In this document: one piece after another, positions 51,048-64,000 of the stretch | Layout of the letters: each line of letters opens with the position of its first letter | Numbering within the stretch: position 1 is the stretch's first letter | DNA from: Felis catus | Lineage: Eukaryota | Assembly: GCF_018350175.1 (NCBI RefSeq) | Contig: NC_058368.1 | Location: 168,766,001-168,830,000, forward strand | Reading direction: 5' to 3' | DNA: 64,000 nucleotides | Position numbers and translations under genes: made by a program | The notes under the pieces: generated by a model | Database searches by the model: none | Told to the model about the DNA's origin: nothing | What the model saw: only the letters and a program-made list of their open reading frames with translations

Positions 51048-53760
51048 TTGATTTTTTTTTAAATATTTTTCTTTACTTCTCAAAAAGGAGCTCATATGGC
51101 ACTGAAATGTTTGACATAAAGGCATACAAATCTTCTTTACGTACTTGAAAATTATCCTGAAATAGGATAAGAAAAAAATAGGCTCTTATTCTTTCCTCAA
51201 GAAAAAAAATATTTTCATTTTCTGGTATTGACTACCCATTGCATCTTCATTTATACCAATTATTTGATTTGACTAATCCCAGTATGTTTTTACTGGACTA
51301 TCCTTTAAGAACCAGGCCCAGAGAAAATAACTAAACAGCTAGCCCAATTAATCAGGAAAGATTGTCTTATCAAGTATAACTCAGTAATTGTAATTATAAC
51401 TTTAAAAAAAGAAGCCCCCTCCTCCCCATATCTTGGGCAAAATTTTTAGATAACTTACTGACAAGGAAAAATCTTTCCCTACTGATATTTGAAGTAAAAA
51501 GCTTCATTTCCTTTGTGATGTAATTATGACAGCTCTTGGGATGTTGGATTTTGTTGCTGAAACATTCTACCTTCTATTACTAACAAGCTTGCAAAATTGT
51601 ATTGGAATTTAATTAAAATCATATTAATAAAAAGATTCCTTCCAATGCTTGCAGAGAAGTCCCTGTAAAACCTGATAGACCCAGACAGGGGATTGGTGGG
51701 GGCCTTCCTACATATGTGTAGTTCACATGCACACTCACAGTTCAGCTTACATTTTATATTGTCTAGGAGCTGGGGAACAGCAGCTCTTTATTTCAAAGAA
51801 ACTAATAAATCCAAACAACTGGTGTATAATCCCTGTGAAATAGTAATATAAATTCTTTCCCATTCACTTCTTTTTTTTAAAGCAAACAAATAAACAAACT
51901 TAGATGTTCTTTCAGGATGATTTTTCCCCCCAAAGAGATTCTTTCTTCACATTCAAATCCTTAAATGAATTTCTTGGTGTTAGCTCAGCTTTTGTGCTTC
52001 AAATGCCCTTCTGACTTAATGAATACTCCAGGCTCTGCATTTTTCCAGTTCTAAATAAATCAAAATTTGGGAGGATAAGTTGAATAGGATAAGGAATGAG
52101 GCACGTGACATCCTTGTTTGCGATGCCTTTCTAATAGGTAGACCTTCTTGAAAGATAATGATAAAAACAAGTTCTTTGCAAAGAGGTGACATTAAATTTC
52201 TTGTTTTATTGATTTTTTATGAAAAAAATTTTTTGCCATGGGCAGTGCTTGGAAATATTCTATTACAGTAAAAATGTTGGTGTTTGTTATAGTGAGATAC
52301 GCTGTGATAAAATTTTGGGAGAGATATTTAATAATTTTGGCGACCTGCTTTAAGAATGATAAACTATTAGTATCAGTATACACGAAGAGTTAATTTTGTG
52401 TGGATAATGCATTGGTCTTTAAAGGCACTGTTATCTCATAGTTGTGGCTGGTTCTTTATGTAGTTTGTTCTTTAAATCCGTTTTGGGGAACACGATTAAA
52501 ATTTTCTTGAAATATTATTTAATCATAATCAGTACTAAAAGAATGAGTCTTGTTTACCTTACAAAAAATTTTCATGTAAGTCATACCATGTATATATTAA
52601 AGGAATTAAGTATATCATAAGTGGAAGTAATAGAAACCAAAATGTGAACTCTTCTTTGAAGTCTATTTGGGATTTTTCAGGGTTCTTTTTTTTTAATCAT
52701 TAGGATGGGTTTTAGATCATATAAAATAGAACTTGTACCAATATCTTTTGGGCCTCTTCAGTGGTACAAAACAATGAAGACTGTCTTCAGAGCTAGTTTT
52801 CATTTACCACAAAGATTCACACTTTGTCCCTATATACAGTTCATCATGTCAGCCTGAGAAACGTTATCTATGAGTATTTGCCTTTCATTTATTATTAATT
52901 CTAATTTCCAATTTATACAATTGAGGAAATTTATAAATTACTCTCTTATGAGACATTGTGCATATTGTGTTCTAAGAATCCTAAGAGTTAGTGCACATTT
53001 TTGTACCTCAGCCATAGAGTACTCTTAACCATCCAGTGCAATTTAGTTCTTTGGATAATAAAAACGTGCCTTTTACTTGTAACTAGAAACTGTTTCCATC
53101 TATTACCAATTAGAAAATTTCAAGGAGATATAATTAGTTCTTTAGTTATCTGTTACTCGGTATTAGCATTTGAAACCTCCTAAAATAACAGATAATTTTG
53201 CCATGCTCATGGCGTTTCCTGCCATGCTCATGGCTAATATTCCTCCCTTGTTTTTGCCACATGTTTGTAATTTCATGTTAGTGATTTTCAATGATACTGC
53301 ATCTCCTAAGGCTTTATTGGCCATTGCTCTACAGGGTCAGGACCAGACATGTGGCAGAGGTAATGGTTAAGGAAGTCAGGGGAATGAGAGCAAGAATGGG
53401 AAGGTATAACAGCAGGGCAGCATCTAATAAAGCCTTAGATATTGCTTCTAAAATATAGCATATGGGCAGTCTACCGCCCATGTCATTGAGAGTTTTCCCA
53501 TAAAAATAATTAACTCAACTTTTAATTTAAATGAAAATGAAGTCATTTTGTGACAATTTTCTGATAATACCCCTTTTATCGTAATTATCTGGTTGGTAAA
53601 TTTTAAATCTATGGATTTACTCTATGATATGATGAATAAGATTATAAATTCCAACACTAAATTCTAATATTGTGCTCCAGGAGATACATATCTTTTTAAT
53701 TATGAAAAATTCAGATTCATTATGTGACTTTTAGTCAGTTAATTAAAAGGAGGAACATAA

Positions 53761-54129
<369 letters not shown>

Positions 54130-54324
54130 TGAATAGTTTGTGATAAATGCCTGTAACACTTTATGTTTAGTATTTAGTTTTACTTTGTCTTGAATTTCTT
54201 CAATACAGTGTGCCAAAATTCACTAAAATGTTAATCTTGTTAAGGAAATATGTATTTTTAAATATTAGAAATTAAAAATAATTGTTACACATTTAATTTA
54301 TTTTTGAAGTTTATTAATTCATTT

Positions 54325-54527
54325 AAAGTTTACTTATTTATTTTGAGAGAAAGAGAGAGAGTGTGAGCAGGGCAAAGGCAGAGAGAGGGAGAGAGAGAAT
54401 TCCAAGCAGGCTCTGCACTGTCAGCAGGGAGTCTGATGAGGGGCTTGAGCCTATGAACTGCAAGGTCATGACCTGAGGTGAAATTTACAGTTGGATACAT
54501 AACCGACTGAGCCACCAAGGCGTCCCT
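54325..54527 (-). mobile_element. Can-SINE
   Basis: Typical diverged SINE body. Confidence 0.88.
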
Positions 54528-55958
54528 CAAACACTTCATTTATTAATTAATTCCTTGTTAATTTTGTATAGTATTCAGACCTCACCTTGATAATAATATT
54601 TTCCTACTTTCATGCATCCAACCTACTGTTTCTAGTAGTATGTCATTCCTCGTATCTTGGAAAGCTCTCATAATTTGTATGTGCCTTTAAGTTATGGATG
54701 TAGATAAACTTCCGTGTTAAAATCAGTAACCATGTTGGCTTTATTTATAAAATGGTATGTGAATTACAGAAGGAAAGGTCATTGGCTAACTGTAAACTAA
54801 AATTTATATGAATGTTTCCATCTATTTACTAAGCTCTAACAGCTACTATTTTAAAAATATGTCATACATTAAACAGGACTGAAATATTTCCCTTATTACC
54901 ACATAGTTTAAAATGTAGGAATTTAAATTATTATTCTTAGAAACCAAAAGGAAAAGGTCTACTTGCAAATTATCCCTTGTCTTTAATATCACCATTTAGT
55001 TTTAAGTGACTAAAATGAATAGCATAATATATTCTAAAAATAACACATTGTTACAGGTTCACATTTGAAGATTTTATTCAGCTTCCTTCTGTCACTGAAA
55101 TTTTGCAAAGATCTCTGTTACACATGAGAGTGCCTGTATTTCTGTAAATGCCTCAGGTTTTTCACTGCCTAATTTTATTTAGTTAATTCTCACTATATAA
55201 TGTTGAGCTCTTAAATTAGTTGAAAAAAGAAGTTTTAAGGTGATATAGACTGGGGAGGTTTAAATCCTTTTTCAATTTGTATAGGTAAATCTTTCATGAG
55301 CTAAAATTATCTCATTTCATTCTTCATATACCTGTTGCCTGAAAGGGGCCAATAAATGGGGGAATTCATTATGAGGTATTTAGTGATTGCCTATTATAGT
55401 CCAATCAAGGAGTTTATAATCCAGTAGTAGATTATAAAAGCTGTATGTAAATGAGGGGACAGGTGTACTAAGAAAGGAAGACATAAAGAAAGATGAGATT
55501 TTAGAAAGTAGGAAAAATACCAAAAAGTGGGTAAAGCACTGAACTTAGTATGAAAAGAGTTGGGTTTCTGTCCCAGTTTGTACTCTAGAAACTCTCTGGT
55601 TTGGGAAATAATGGGGGTAATAGCTGGTACCAAAATTGTGAGAATCAAGTCAGTAAGTATGTATTTCATAAGGTGTAAGGTACTTTGCAAATATTAGACA
55701 TTTTTACCATTGTTTGATGACATCACTTGAGAGAAAATAAAATGTGCTTTATATGAAATATCCATGTAATTGGAAAAGTTAATTTAAAAAGTTTCTTTTG
55801 GGTTTCCATGAGATTTGTTTGTGAAATTTAAATAGTAATGAATGTGTTGTTTTGGAATTTATATATTAAGGTTTGAGGTATTCACAATCACAAGTAATGC
55901 TATTTTTAACAACATTGTCTCTATCAACTGCAGTGTAGGATGGCAATTATTTTGAAGC

Positions 55959-55973
55959 TTTTATTTATTTATT

Positions 55974-56012
<39 letters not shown>
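55959..56012. repeat. (TTTA)n microsatellite
   Basis: About 12 units, one imperfect. Confidence 0.9.
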
Positions 56013-56037
56013 TGGCTTCATATTACAGTTACTTTTT

Positions 56038-56112
56038 GTTATTTGTTGTTTTTTGTTTTTTGTTTTTTGTTTTTTTGAGAGAGAGAAGGAGAGGATGTAG
56101 GGGCAGGAGAGG

Positions 56113-56152
<40 letters not shown>

Positions 56153-56281
56153 AAGAATCCCAAGCAGGCTCCACACCTATTGCTGAGCCCAGTGCAGGGC
56201 TCAATCTCATGACCTTGGGATCATGACCTGAGCCAAAATCAAGAGTCGGATGCTTAACCAACTGAGCCAGCCAGGTACCCC
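56038..56281 (-). mobile_element. Can-SINE (left member of a tandem pair)
   Basis: TSD CATATTACAGTTACTTTTT (56019-56037 and 56282-56300). Confidence 0.92.
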
Positions 56282-56300
56282 CATATTACAGTTACTTTTT

Positions 56301-56506
56301 TTTAAGTTTATTTATTTATTTTGAGAGAGAAAGAAAGATGGTGGGGGTGGGCAGAGAGAGAGAGAGAGAGAGAGAACTAATGGGAGAGGGGCAGGCTCCA
56401 CACTCTGTAGTAAGCTCTACTTGGGGCTTGATCTCAGGACCAGAACATCATGACCTGAGCCGAAATCAACAGTCGGAGGCTTAACTGATTGAGCCCCCAG
56501 CAGTCC
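56301..56506 (-). mobile_element. Can-SINE (right member of a tandem pair)
   Basis: Flanked by TTACAGTTACTTTTT and TTGCAGTTACTTTTT (56507-56521). Confidence 0.9.
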
Positions 56507-56679
56507 TTGCAGTTACTTTTTAACAGGTTGTGAAACTCGGCTTGCTGTGAACATTATGTGAACACTATGAATGATCAAGATGGACACAGATACTTCTAAT
56601 TTTTACATTTTTCACTGTTCTAGGAGAGAATATCTATCTTTGGTCTTATTCAAGCAAGAATTGTACTTTCTTTTAATTA

Positions 56680-56936
56680 TTCATTTATTTATTTATTTTT
56701 ACGTTTTTATTTTATTTTTTTTCAACGTTTATTTATTTTTGGGACAGAGAGAGACAGAGCATGAACGGGGGAGGGGCAGAGAGAGAGGGAGACACAGAAT
56801 CTGAAGCATGCTCTAGGCTCTGAGCCTCTGAGCACAGAGCCAACGTGGGGCTTGAACTTGAGATCTGTGAGACTCATGACTCAGGACTGTGAGATCATGA
56901 CTCAGGCGCTTAACCGACTGAGCCACTTTGGCACCC
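56680..56936 (-). mobile_element. Chimeric-looking SINEC_Fc-like SINE
   Basis: Young-type 3' half; diverged 5' half with an internal duplication. Confidence 0.85.
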
Positions 56937-58669
56937 TAAGTTGTAATTTTTATTAGATGCTAAATTTATTAATTTTGTAAATCCAGGTGTATATATATAC
57001 ACACACATACATACAGGATTATCTCAATCTCTGTCATCTTCGTTGTTATTCACTGACCTTTTCCATAGTTACTAGCCTGTTTAGGGTGCTTGATGTAAGA
57101 GACTTTGCATCTAAACATCTTTAGTGTTTGTAGCTAAACCCGTTTATTTTGTGTCATAAATGTTGATAGATTTTCACAGAGATTTAAATGGTTTTGTTCC
57201 ATTTGATAAGAAAATATATACACAAATCTTTGTTTTTGTGTATGATAAAACAAAAATACATGTAGTTAGACAAAATACTCCAGAAAGAATTTCTTATTAT
57301 TAATAGGAAAGTGCCAATTTATATTTCTCTAATTTATTTATATGACAGTCATTTGTTAGAAACCCATTTTTGTAGAGTACCATGTTATTCAGTGTAAGGA
57401 CATGAAAGTGAAAAATGTATGGCCTACTTCTTAGTGAACCTAAAACCTAGTAAGTGAGACATTTGTAGAATTCACGAACAGATAAATATTAAAGATGCAG
57501 AATTAGGAATGGTTGAACTGAGAAATTTGAATTAATATATGGTGACGAATTTAAAAGAACACAATGATAAATATTTTAAAACAAAAAAATCTCTATGTAA
57601 TGGCATATCATCATCTTTTTTTTTTCCTTATCTAGTCATTCAGCAAATACTAACATGTAAGTACCAGGGATATGAGTCAATAAAACAAAAATAACCCAAA
57701 AGTGGAGGCTGTAATTGCTGTGTGAAATTGGGTATCTGAATGTGTTAAATCACTGGTTTATTCAAAAGGTATTTATTAGATGTCATCATATGCTAAGTTC
57801 CAGTTAGATCTGGGAGAGTCAGTCTCAGAACATACCACATAGGTTTACTTTGTTCTTTTACCACAATCTCTAGGCTCTTTGAACTACATGTATTTTTAAA
57901 TTCATGCTATGAATCTCAAGGAAAACTAAGTAAAAGTGAGTAATCCAAAACTTGTTTGAATGACAGTTGCTTCCAAGTTTGTGCCTTATTGGTATATGCT
58001 TATATAATATACTTTGAATCCTTTTAATTGCTCTAATACCATTCAAGGACTCCAGAAAAGGCAAGAAATACCTTAAAGTCAAAATGAAACTATCACAAGA
58101 TATCATTTTCTGTGTCCCTGGTACACAATTAAAGACTTAGAAGACTTTCTTCTTAACAATTAAAGCCATTCCAAAACCTCATTAATATTGATTTCCAGGA
58201 AATAATGATTGAACAAGTACTTTTAAGGCCCTGGGATGTAATGGTGGAGCTTATAGTCTAGGGGGGAGGTTCACAGTCATTTATAAATCACACATGCTAT
58301 ATATAATTATAAAATGTAATAAGAGATGTAAAGTAGATACATGTTGCTATAAAAGGTTTTAATTGGGAAACTTAAGGATGTTAAATTTGAGACAACATCT
58401 GAAGAATGAATAAAAACTAACTTGGCTTTTTAGGAAAGCCATACAGACACCTTATTAATACTATTCCCCAAACTCTCTAACAATATTTCCTGTGTACTGG
58501 TTTAATGAGTTATTTATATATTTATATATTCCATGAGCTGTTTTTATTTGACAAAGCTAGAACTTATGTTTTATATTTTCATTTTAAGGTATTTTACCAA
58601 GAAAAGGAGTATTTTAGTTTTTCTTGTTTTTTGTTTAGCATATTCGTCTCAGCCTCTTTCAGAAATGAT

Positions 58670-58720
58670 CTTCCTTCCTTCCTTCCTTCCTTCCTTCCTT
58701 CCTTCCTTCCTTCCTTCCTT
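58670..58720. repeat. (TTCC)n microsatellite
   Basis: About 12 units. Confidence 0.95.
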
Positions 58721-59286
58721 CTGCTGGCTTGTTCTGAGTTCTTTTTCAAGAGGTCTATTCAGGCATATTATTTCAAATTATACATTCATTGAAGCCACTT
58801 CTCATTTTTTGTGTGCTTATTCTGTTCTATCTGACTTCCTTGTATAACACTCCTCTGCAAGTATGTATAGCAAGAAAATCTGATTCTGTTTTTTTATGTA
58901 TATTTCATACATATGCATATTTGATTCTTAAGTAGCACAATGATAACTCAGAAACAAATTCTAGATGTAGCAAATGTGTTGTGAAAACATAACAGTTCAG
59001 TGTGTATTCCTTGAGATTTTTTGGATATATTTTAATTATATGTATCTATATATTTTTTATTTTACAAAATTTGAGTTATATTTTTTATTCATACTTTTTA
59101 TTTTCAATGATATATTACATGATATCTAATCATGTAATACAAATGACAATCAACAAAATGATCTTTGTAGAAATTTTCAAAAATTTATTTTCTGCTATTT
59201 TTTATTGCTTCTTTTGGAATTTACCTAAGAGATCATTAGTAGCAACATTCGCTCCAAAGAAAAGTGTCTTATTTAAAGATTAGTCT

Positions 59287-59507
59287 GGAAATGCCTGGGT
59301 GGCTCAGTCAAGTGTCCAACTTCGGCTCAGGTCATGGTCACACTGTTTGTGAGTTTGAGCCCCGTGTTGGCTCTGTGCTGATAGCTCAGAGCCTGCTTTG
59401 GATTCTGTGTCTCCCTATCTCTTTGCCCTTCTCCCCTTACACTCTGTCTCTCTCTCTCTCTCTTTCTTAAAAATAAATATGAACATTAAAACAATTTTTA
59501 GATTTAT
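59287..59507 (+). mobile_element. Can-SINE
   Basis: TSD AGATTAGTCTGGA (59277-59289 and 59508-59520). Confidence 0.9.
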
Positions 59508-60267
59508 AGATTAGTCTGGATTCTCTCTGTGATACCATTGGCAAAGCCGTGTAGAAAAACTTAAAAAAGAATCTGTTTATATGTGAACCGAACTTCATGT
59601 CATCTGAGCTACAAGAAATTTATACAGATTTATACAATGTCAAATTATAATATTTGGAATTTTGAGAGTATCAAGAAACAAGCCCTCAACAGTTTTTGTG
59701 AATGTACTACTCTTGACCTGAGTTTGATGCTTAGCTGAACTTTATAAGCGTGTGTCTTAGCATCATTTCTAGATTCATTACTTTATCTTCATCTTTAGGA
59801 AAGTGAGTTAATCGGTTTTGCACAGTTAGGACTCTGAGAACTTCACTGATGTCAACATGATCGCTTTAAAAAGATAATTGCTAGAAATCAGTTTCTTACT
59901 TCAGCCCATGAAGTAAGTACTGCTGTTGTATCACTCACTGTATTCACTCACCATGATTACTACATCAGTGGCAGAAAACTGTCTTTAAACTAAAAGCTAG
60001 ATATGTTCTTAAATGAAAATTCCCATTATTCTATTCAAACATTTCTCTAATTATAAATGTATATTGGAATTTTATATAAGACATTATAACACTAGCGGCT
60101 GATTTGAAATTTGATTCTCTGTGAATTTTATCATGTTACTTGCTTTCTATTCAACATTGTACTTCAGTATCTTGGGTTTGCAGGTGTCTGAACTATTCAG
60201 TATTGATTTCCAGGTTAAGTTATCTTACTTGTCTCTTTAACTTCAGTTATTTAATATGCGTTATATT

Positions 60268-60920
60268 TCATTCATTCATACGTGGTTATTGATCTAAGAA
60301 ATATGTGCCAGGCACTGTTCTAGACCATGGGGATACTGTGATGAGCAAAGCAAATGTAAAAATTTATCACCTCATGAGCTTACATTCTAGAGGAAGAGAT
60401 AGATGAAGAGCAAGATAAAAGTAAAATATATTTGATGTTAGATGGTGTTAACTTCTGAGGAGAAAAATTCAATAAGGAAAAGGAGATAAGAAATTTAGTT
60501 GGGGTGAGAAAATGGATTCTGAATATTGTGTTGGGTGGCCAAAGAAGACCTCACTGAAAGATGACATATGCTGAAAGACTGGAGGAAGTAGGGGGGCCAT
60601 TACCCATATGTCCATCTGAGAAACTATTTAAGCCACAAATGTAAACTCCCTGAGAAAGGAGTATGTGTAGTGTGTTTTAAAAGAAGAAGGAAATGAGGGG
60701 GACTGGAGGGAAGTGGAGGGGACTGGTAGTGGTTAGAAATGAGGTAAGAGAGATGATAGAGGACAGATTGTATAGTGTCTTAAAGACCATGATAAAGATT
60801 TTAGCTTTTATTCTGAGGGAGATAAGAATATAAGCAAGGTAATGGAATGATCTGCTGTAACAGGGTCCCCTGCTGCTGTATTAAGAGTAGACTGAAAGAA
60901 GACAAAGGGAAAACAGTGGG
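60268..60920 (-). mobile_element. L2 3' fragment
   Basis: cattcattcat...tatgtgccaggcactgttctag...ggggatac...gagcttacattctag...gacctcactga. Confidence 0.75.
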
Positions 60921-60944
60921 TATGTTTTTAACTTTATGGACAAA

Positions 60945-61145
60945 TATTGTCAATAAATGTTAACAAATACAATTGTGTACATTTAACATGTGCAACATGA
61001 TGGTTTGTTACACATACCTTGTAAAATGGTTACCAGGATCAAGACAGTTAACACATCCATGCGCCTCACACAGTTAAATACTTGTGTGTGTGTGGTGAGA
61101 ATGCTTAACATTTACTCTCAGAGTCTTTCAAGTTATAATACTGTA
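60945..61145 (-). mobile_element. L1MA-like 3' end fragment
   Basis: tgtgcaacatgatg...gtaaaatggttacca...tcaag...gttaacacatcc...gtgtgtggtgagaatgcttaacatttactctc. Confidence 0.7.
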
Positions 61146-61365
61146 TATTTGGTTGAAATTTTGTGGTTGTTTATATTGTTATTACATGTTTCACTTCTAT
61201 AACCTTTTGCATTTCTTCATTTCTTAATCAGTTTCATATAACAATGCCTTCCAGGATATTTGATTACTTGCAGATGAGGATGATCCCTGGAGAAAATTTA
61301 ATTTACACTTTTAAGCATTCATTGAAAATGTTTATTTTCCTATATCTGGATTTGGAATAATTTTT

Positions 61366-61574
61366 TTTAAACGTTTATTTATTTTTGAGACAGAGAGAGA
61401 CAGAGCATGAACGGGGGAGGGTCACAGAGAGAGAGGGAGACACAGAATCGGAAACAGGCTCCAGGCTCTGAGCTGTCAGCACAGAGCCCGACGCGGGGCT
61501 TGAACTCACAAACCGCGAGATCGTGACCTGAGCCGAAGTCGGACTCTTAACCGACTGAGCCACCCAGGCGCCCC
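61366..61574 (-). mobile_element. SINEC_Fc-like SINE
   Basis: TSD TGGAATAATTTTT (61353-61365 and 61575-61587). Confidence 0.95.
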
Positions 61575-62154
61575 TGGAATAATTTTTATAATCCAAGGAT
61601 TCTTATTGCTTTGGTGATTTAATATTTGACTGTGTACTATGTGCCATATACTGGGCAAAGTGTTTTGTATATTGATACGTGGTCAAGCCCCATTCTTTGA
61701 GGAGATCCAAATATTTGTTTCACCAATGAATGAACTGAGACCCTGAGAGAACTTGCTCAGTGCATTGCATGCCTAATAATATATTAGTGTCTTCAATATG
61801 AAATATTCTTAAACATCATTGTCAGTATATCATAGCAGACCTGACTGCTATGTACAAAAATTCTTTAGGCAATTTATTAACAACTGCTCTGAATCGGTTC
61901 TAACACGAACTGCCTTGGGTTGAATTTATATTCTATGGTTAGGTGTTACAGTAAGCTAGCTCCTGTTTGTCCCTCACTTGATGAAACAAATATCCATTTA
62001 AAGGTTGGATATAAATTCAATTCTGGTAAACTTAATCTTATTTTATACTATGGAAAAAGAGCTTTAATTCCTTAAATCTTTTAACTAGGAAAGTAATCTT
62101 CCAGGAATGTACATAATATCCACATTTTGGTAGTTTCTAAAGTTCTTATTTCTT

Positions 62155-62378
62155 TTTTTTTTTTTTTAATTTTTTTTTTCAACGTTTATTTTTGGGACAG
62201 AGAGAGACAGAGCATGAACGGGGGAGGGGCAGAGAGAGAGGGAGACACAGAATCGGAAACAGGCTCCAGGCTCCGAGCCATCAGCCCAGAGCCCGACGCG
62301 GGGCTCGAACTCACAGACCGCGAGATCGTGACCTGGCTGAAGTCGGACGCTTAACCGACTGCGCCACCCAGGCGCCCC
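62155..62378 (-). mobile_element. Young SINEC_Fc-like SINE
   Basis: TSD TAAAGTTCTTATTTCTT (62138-62154 and 62379-62395). Confidence 0.95.
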
Positions 62379-63288
62379 TAAAGTTCTTATTTCTTAACAT
62401 AGTTTTCTTAGAGCACATTCATATTGGCATGTGTACATATCACCTGTTTATGTATGGGCAAGCACTTTGTGAACAATCAGAAAGAAGTTTTTATTATATT
62501 ACGTTGCATTCCATTGCTTCCTGCATTGAAATGTGTGGCCAACAAGATATTTTTTAATGCTAAATTTATTGTTATCAATTCATCCATATGGTTATTGTAT
62601 GCCTATTTTAAATAGGAAGACAGAGGAAAGGGGTTGTGTCACAGTTTGAGAAAATGTTACCTCTGTGATGTTTTGAAATCACGAAGTGTAAGAGTTGAGC
62701 ATGCTGATATTTGTTGTTTGTCACTGTGCATTTTATTTCTTTGTTAATGGTGTGTGAATGACTAGGTGCTTTTAGTGAAAGAATAATACACGAATAACCC
62801 CAGTAATAGAAATACCAACTACTACTATATTGATAAATAGGAAATATTTATCAATCATCTGAGGTGGTCTTCAGATATTTATTACTATATTGGATATAAT
62901 ATAATATCTTCAAACTTTCAACATTTTTTATTTTGGAAGATTTATCAAATGGGACATATATAAACATAATGTAAATGCATTTCTTGTTCATTAACTCACA
63001 CATATCTCATGCTTTATTTCTTTTGGTTATCATTTGGCAAAATGCATTCCAGGTCCTTTTAGTTTTTCATTTTCTTCCTTTCTTGTTTTTTCCAAACTGT
63101 TTTTTTAACAGTTTGAATTTTGTTTAATCATTATAAAAAGTAAGTTCTCAATGGAAAGGTAAAATTTTTCAGCATGTTGGAGTTTTATTTATATATTTAG
63201 TTTTACTTTTACCATCGTATCCATTCAGTGGTGTTAAGTATATTCATATTGTTGTGCAATAATAGTAAATTTTCTTATTGGAACCTAA

Positions 63289-63525
<237 letters not shown>

Positions 63526-64000
63526 TAAAGAATGCTTTGGGAGTTAACATTTACCACAACAAATAAAGTTCTTAGATTATTTATAGAAGTTTGGAAACAT
63601 AAGGACTTTGTGATTACCACTAGTGCTAATATAACTAAGGCAGCTAGTTCCTTGGTTTTATTAGGATGGGTTGCCTTTTTATTCAGTGTTTGCTGGTTTA
63701 CAAATGGCCTGTTCTTGTTTTTTTTTTTTTTTTCCTTCCCAGTTTTCCTTGAAACACTTGAGGCCTTTCTTTTACTTTGTAAGGTTCAGACTTTAAAAGG
63801 TTCAGTTTATGAAATATTCTAAGATGTAAAAATCAAAGAATATGTCCAGCAATTATGAATAAATTAGAATTTTAATTTTGGATGTTAAGTTTACAATATG
63901 TTATAAGACACTTGAAATTAAAAAAAAACTATACTATTCAAATACAATAAATTGTAAGTTTCTTATGTGGGGACAAGCAGTGAGGTGAGAGATTGTTCTG

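Noticed and set aside
58505..58847. ORFs containing LPSF repeats
   Set aside because: Translation of the (TTCC)n microsatellite.

Overview
Mammalian genomic DNA, most likely a felid (many SINEC_Fc-type Can-SINEs and carnivore L1s). The window lies inside the FER tyrosine kinase gene on the + strand. Three shared coding exons are visible (42921-43013, 53857-54060, 63358-63480; linker plus SH2 domain, all phase 0). An alternative first coding exon (ATG 7738 to donor 7875) matches the testis-specific FerT N-terminus as I recall it. That exon has a CxxC-x12-CxxC motif, a CTCF/BORIS-like site about 120 bp upstream of the ATG, and a good splice acceptor at 7674/7675. The rest is intron: two antisense L1s that keep their 5' ends, about 19 Can-SINEs, MLT LTRs, a MER58-like element, L2/MIR relics and microsatellites. 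The most interesting hypothesis is that the young L1's CpG-rich 5' UTR, which has a strong antisense splice donor at 4067/4068, could drive FerT through the acceptor 3.6 kb downstream. No prokaryotic systems or CRISPR arrays are present. Repeat subfamily names and ortholog comparisons come from recognition and recall, not from searches.
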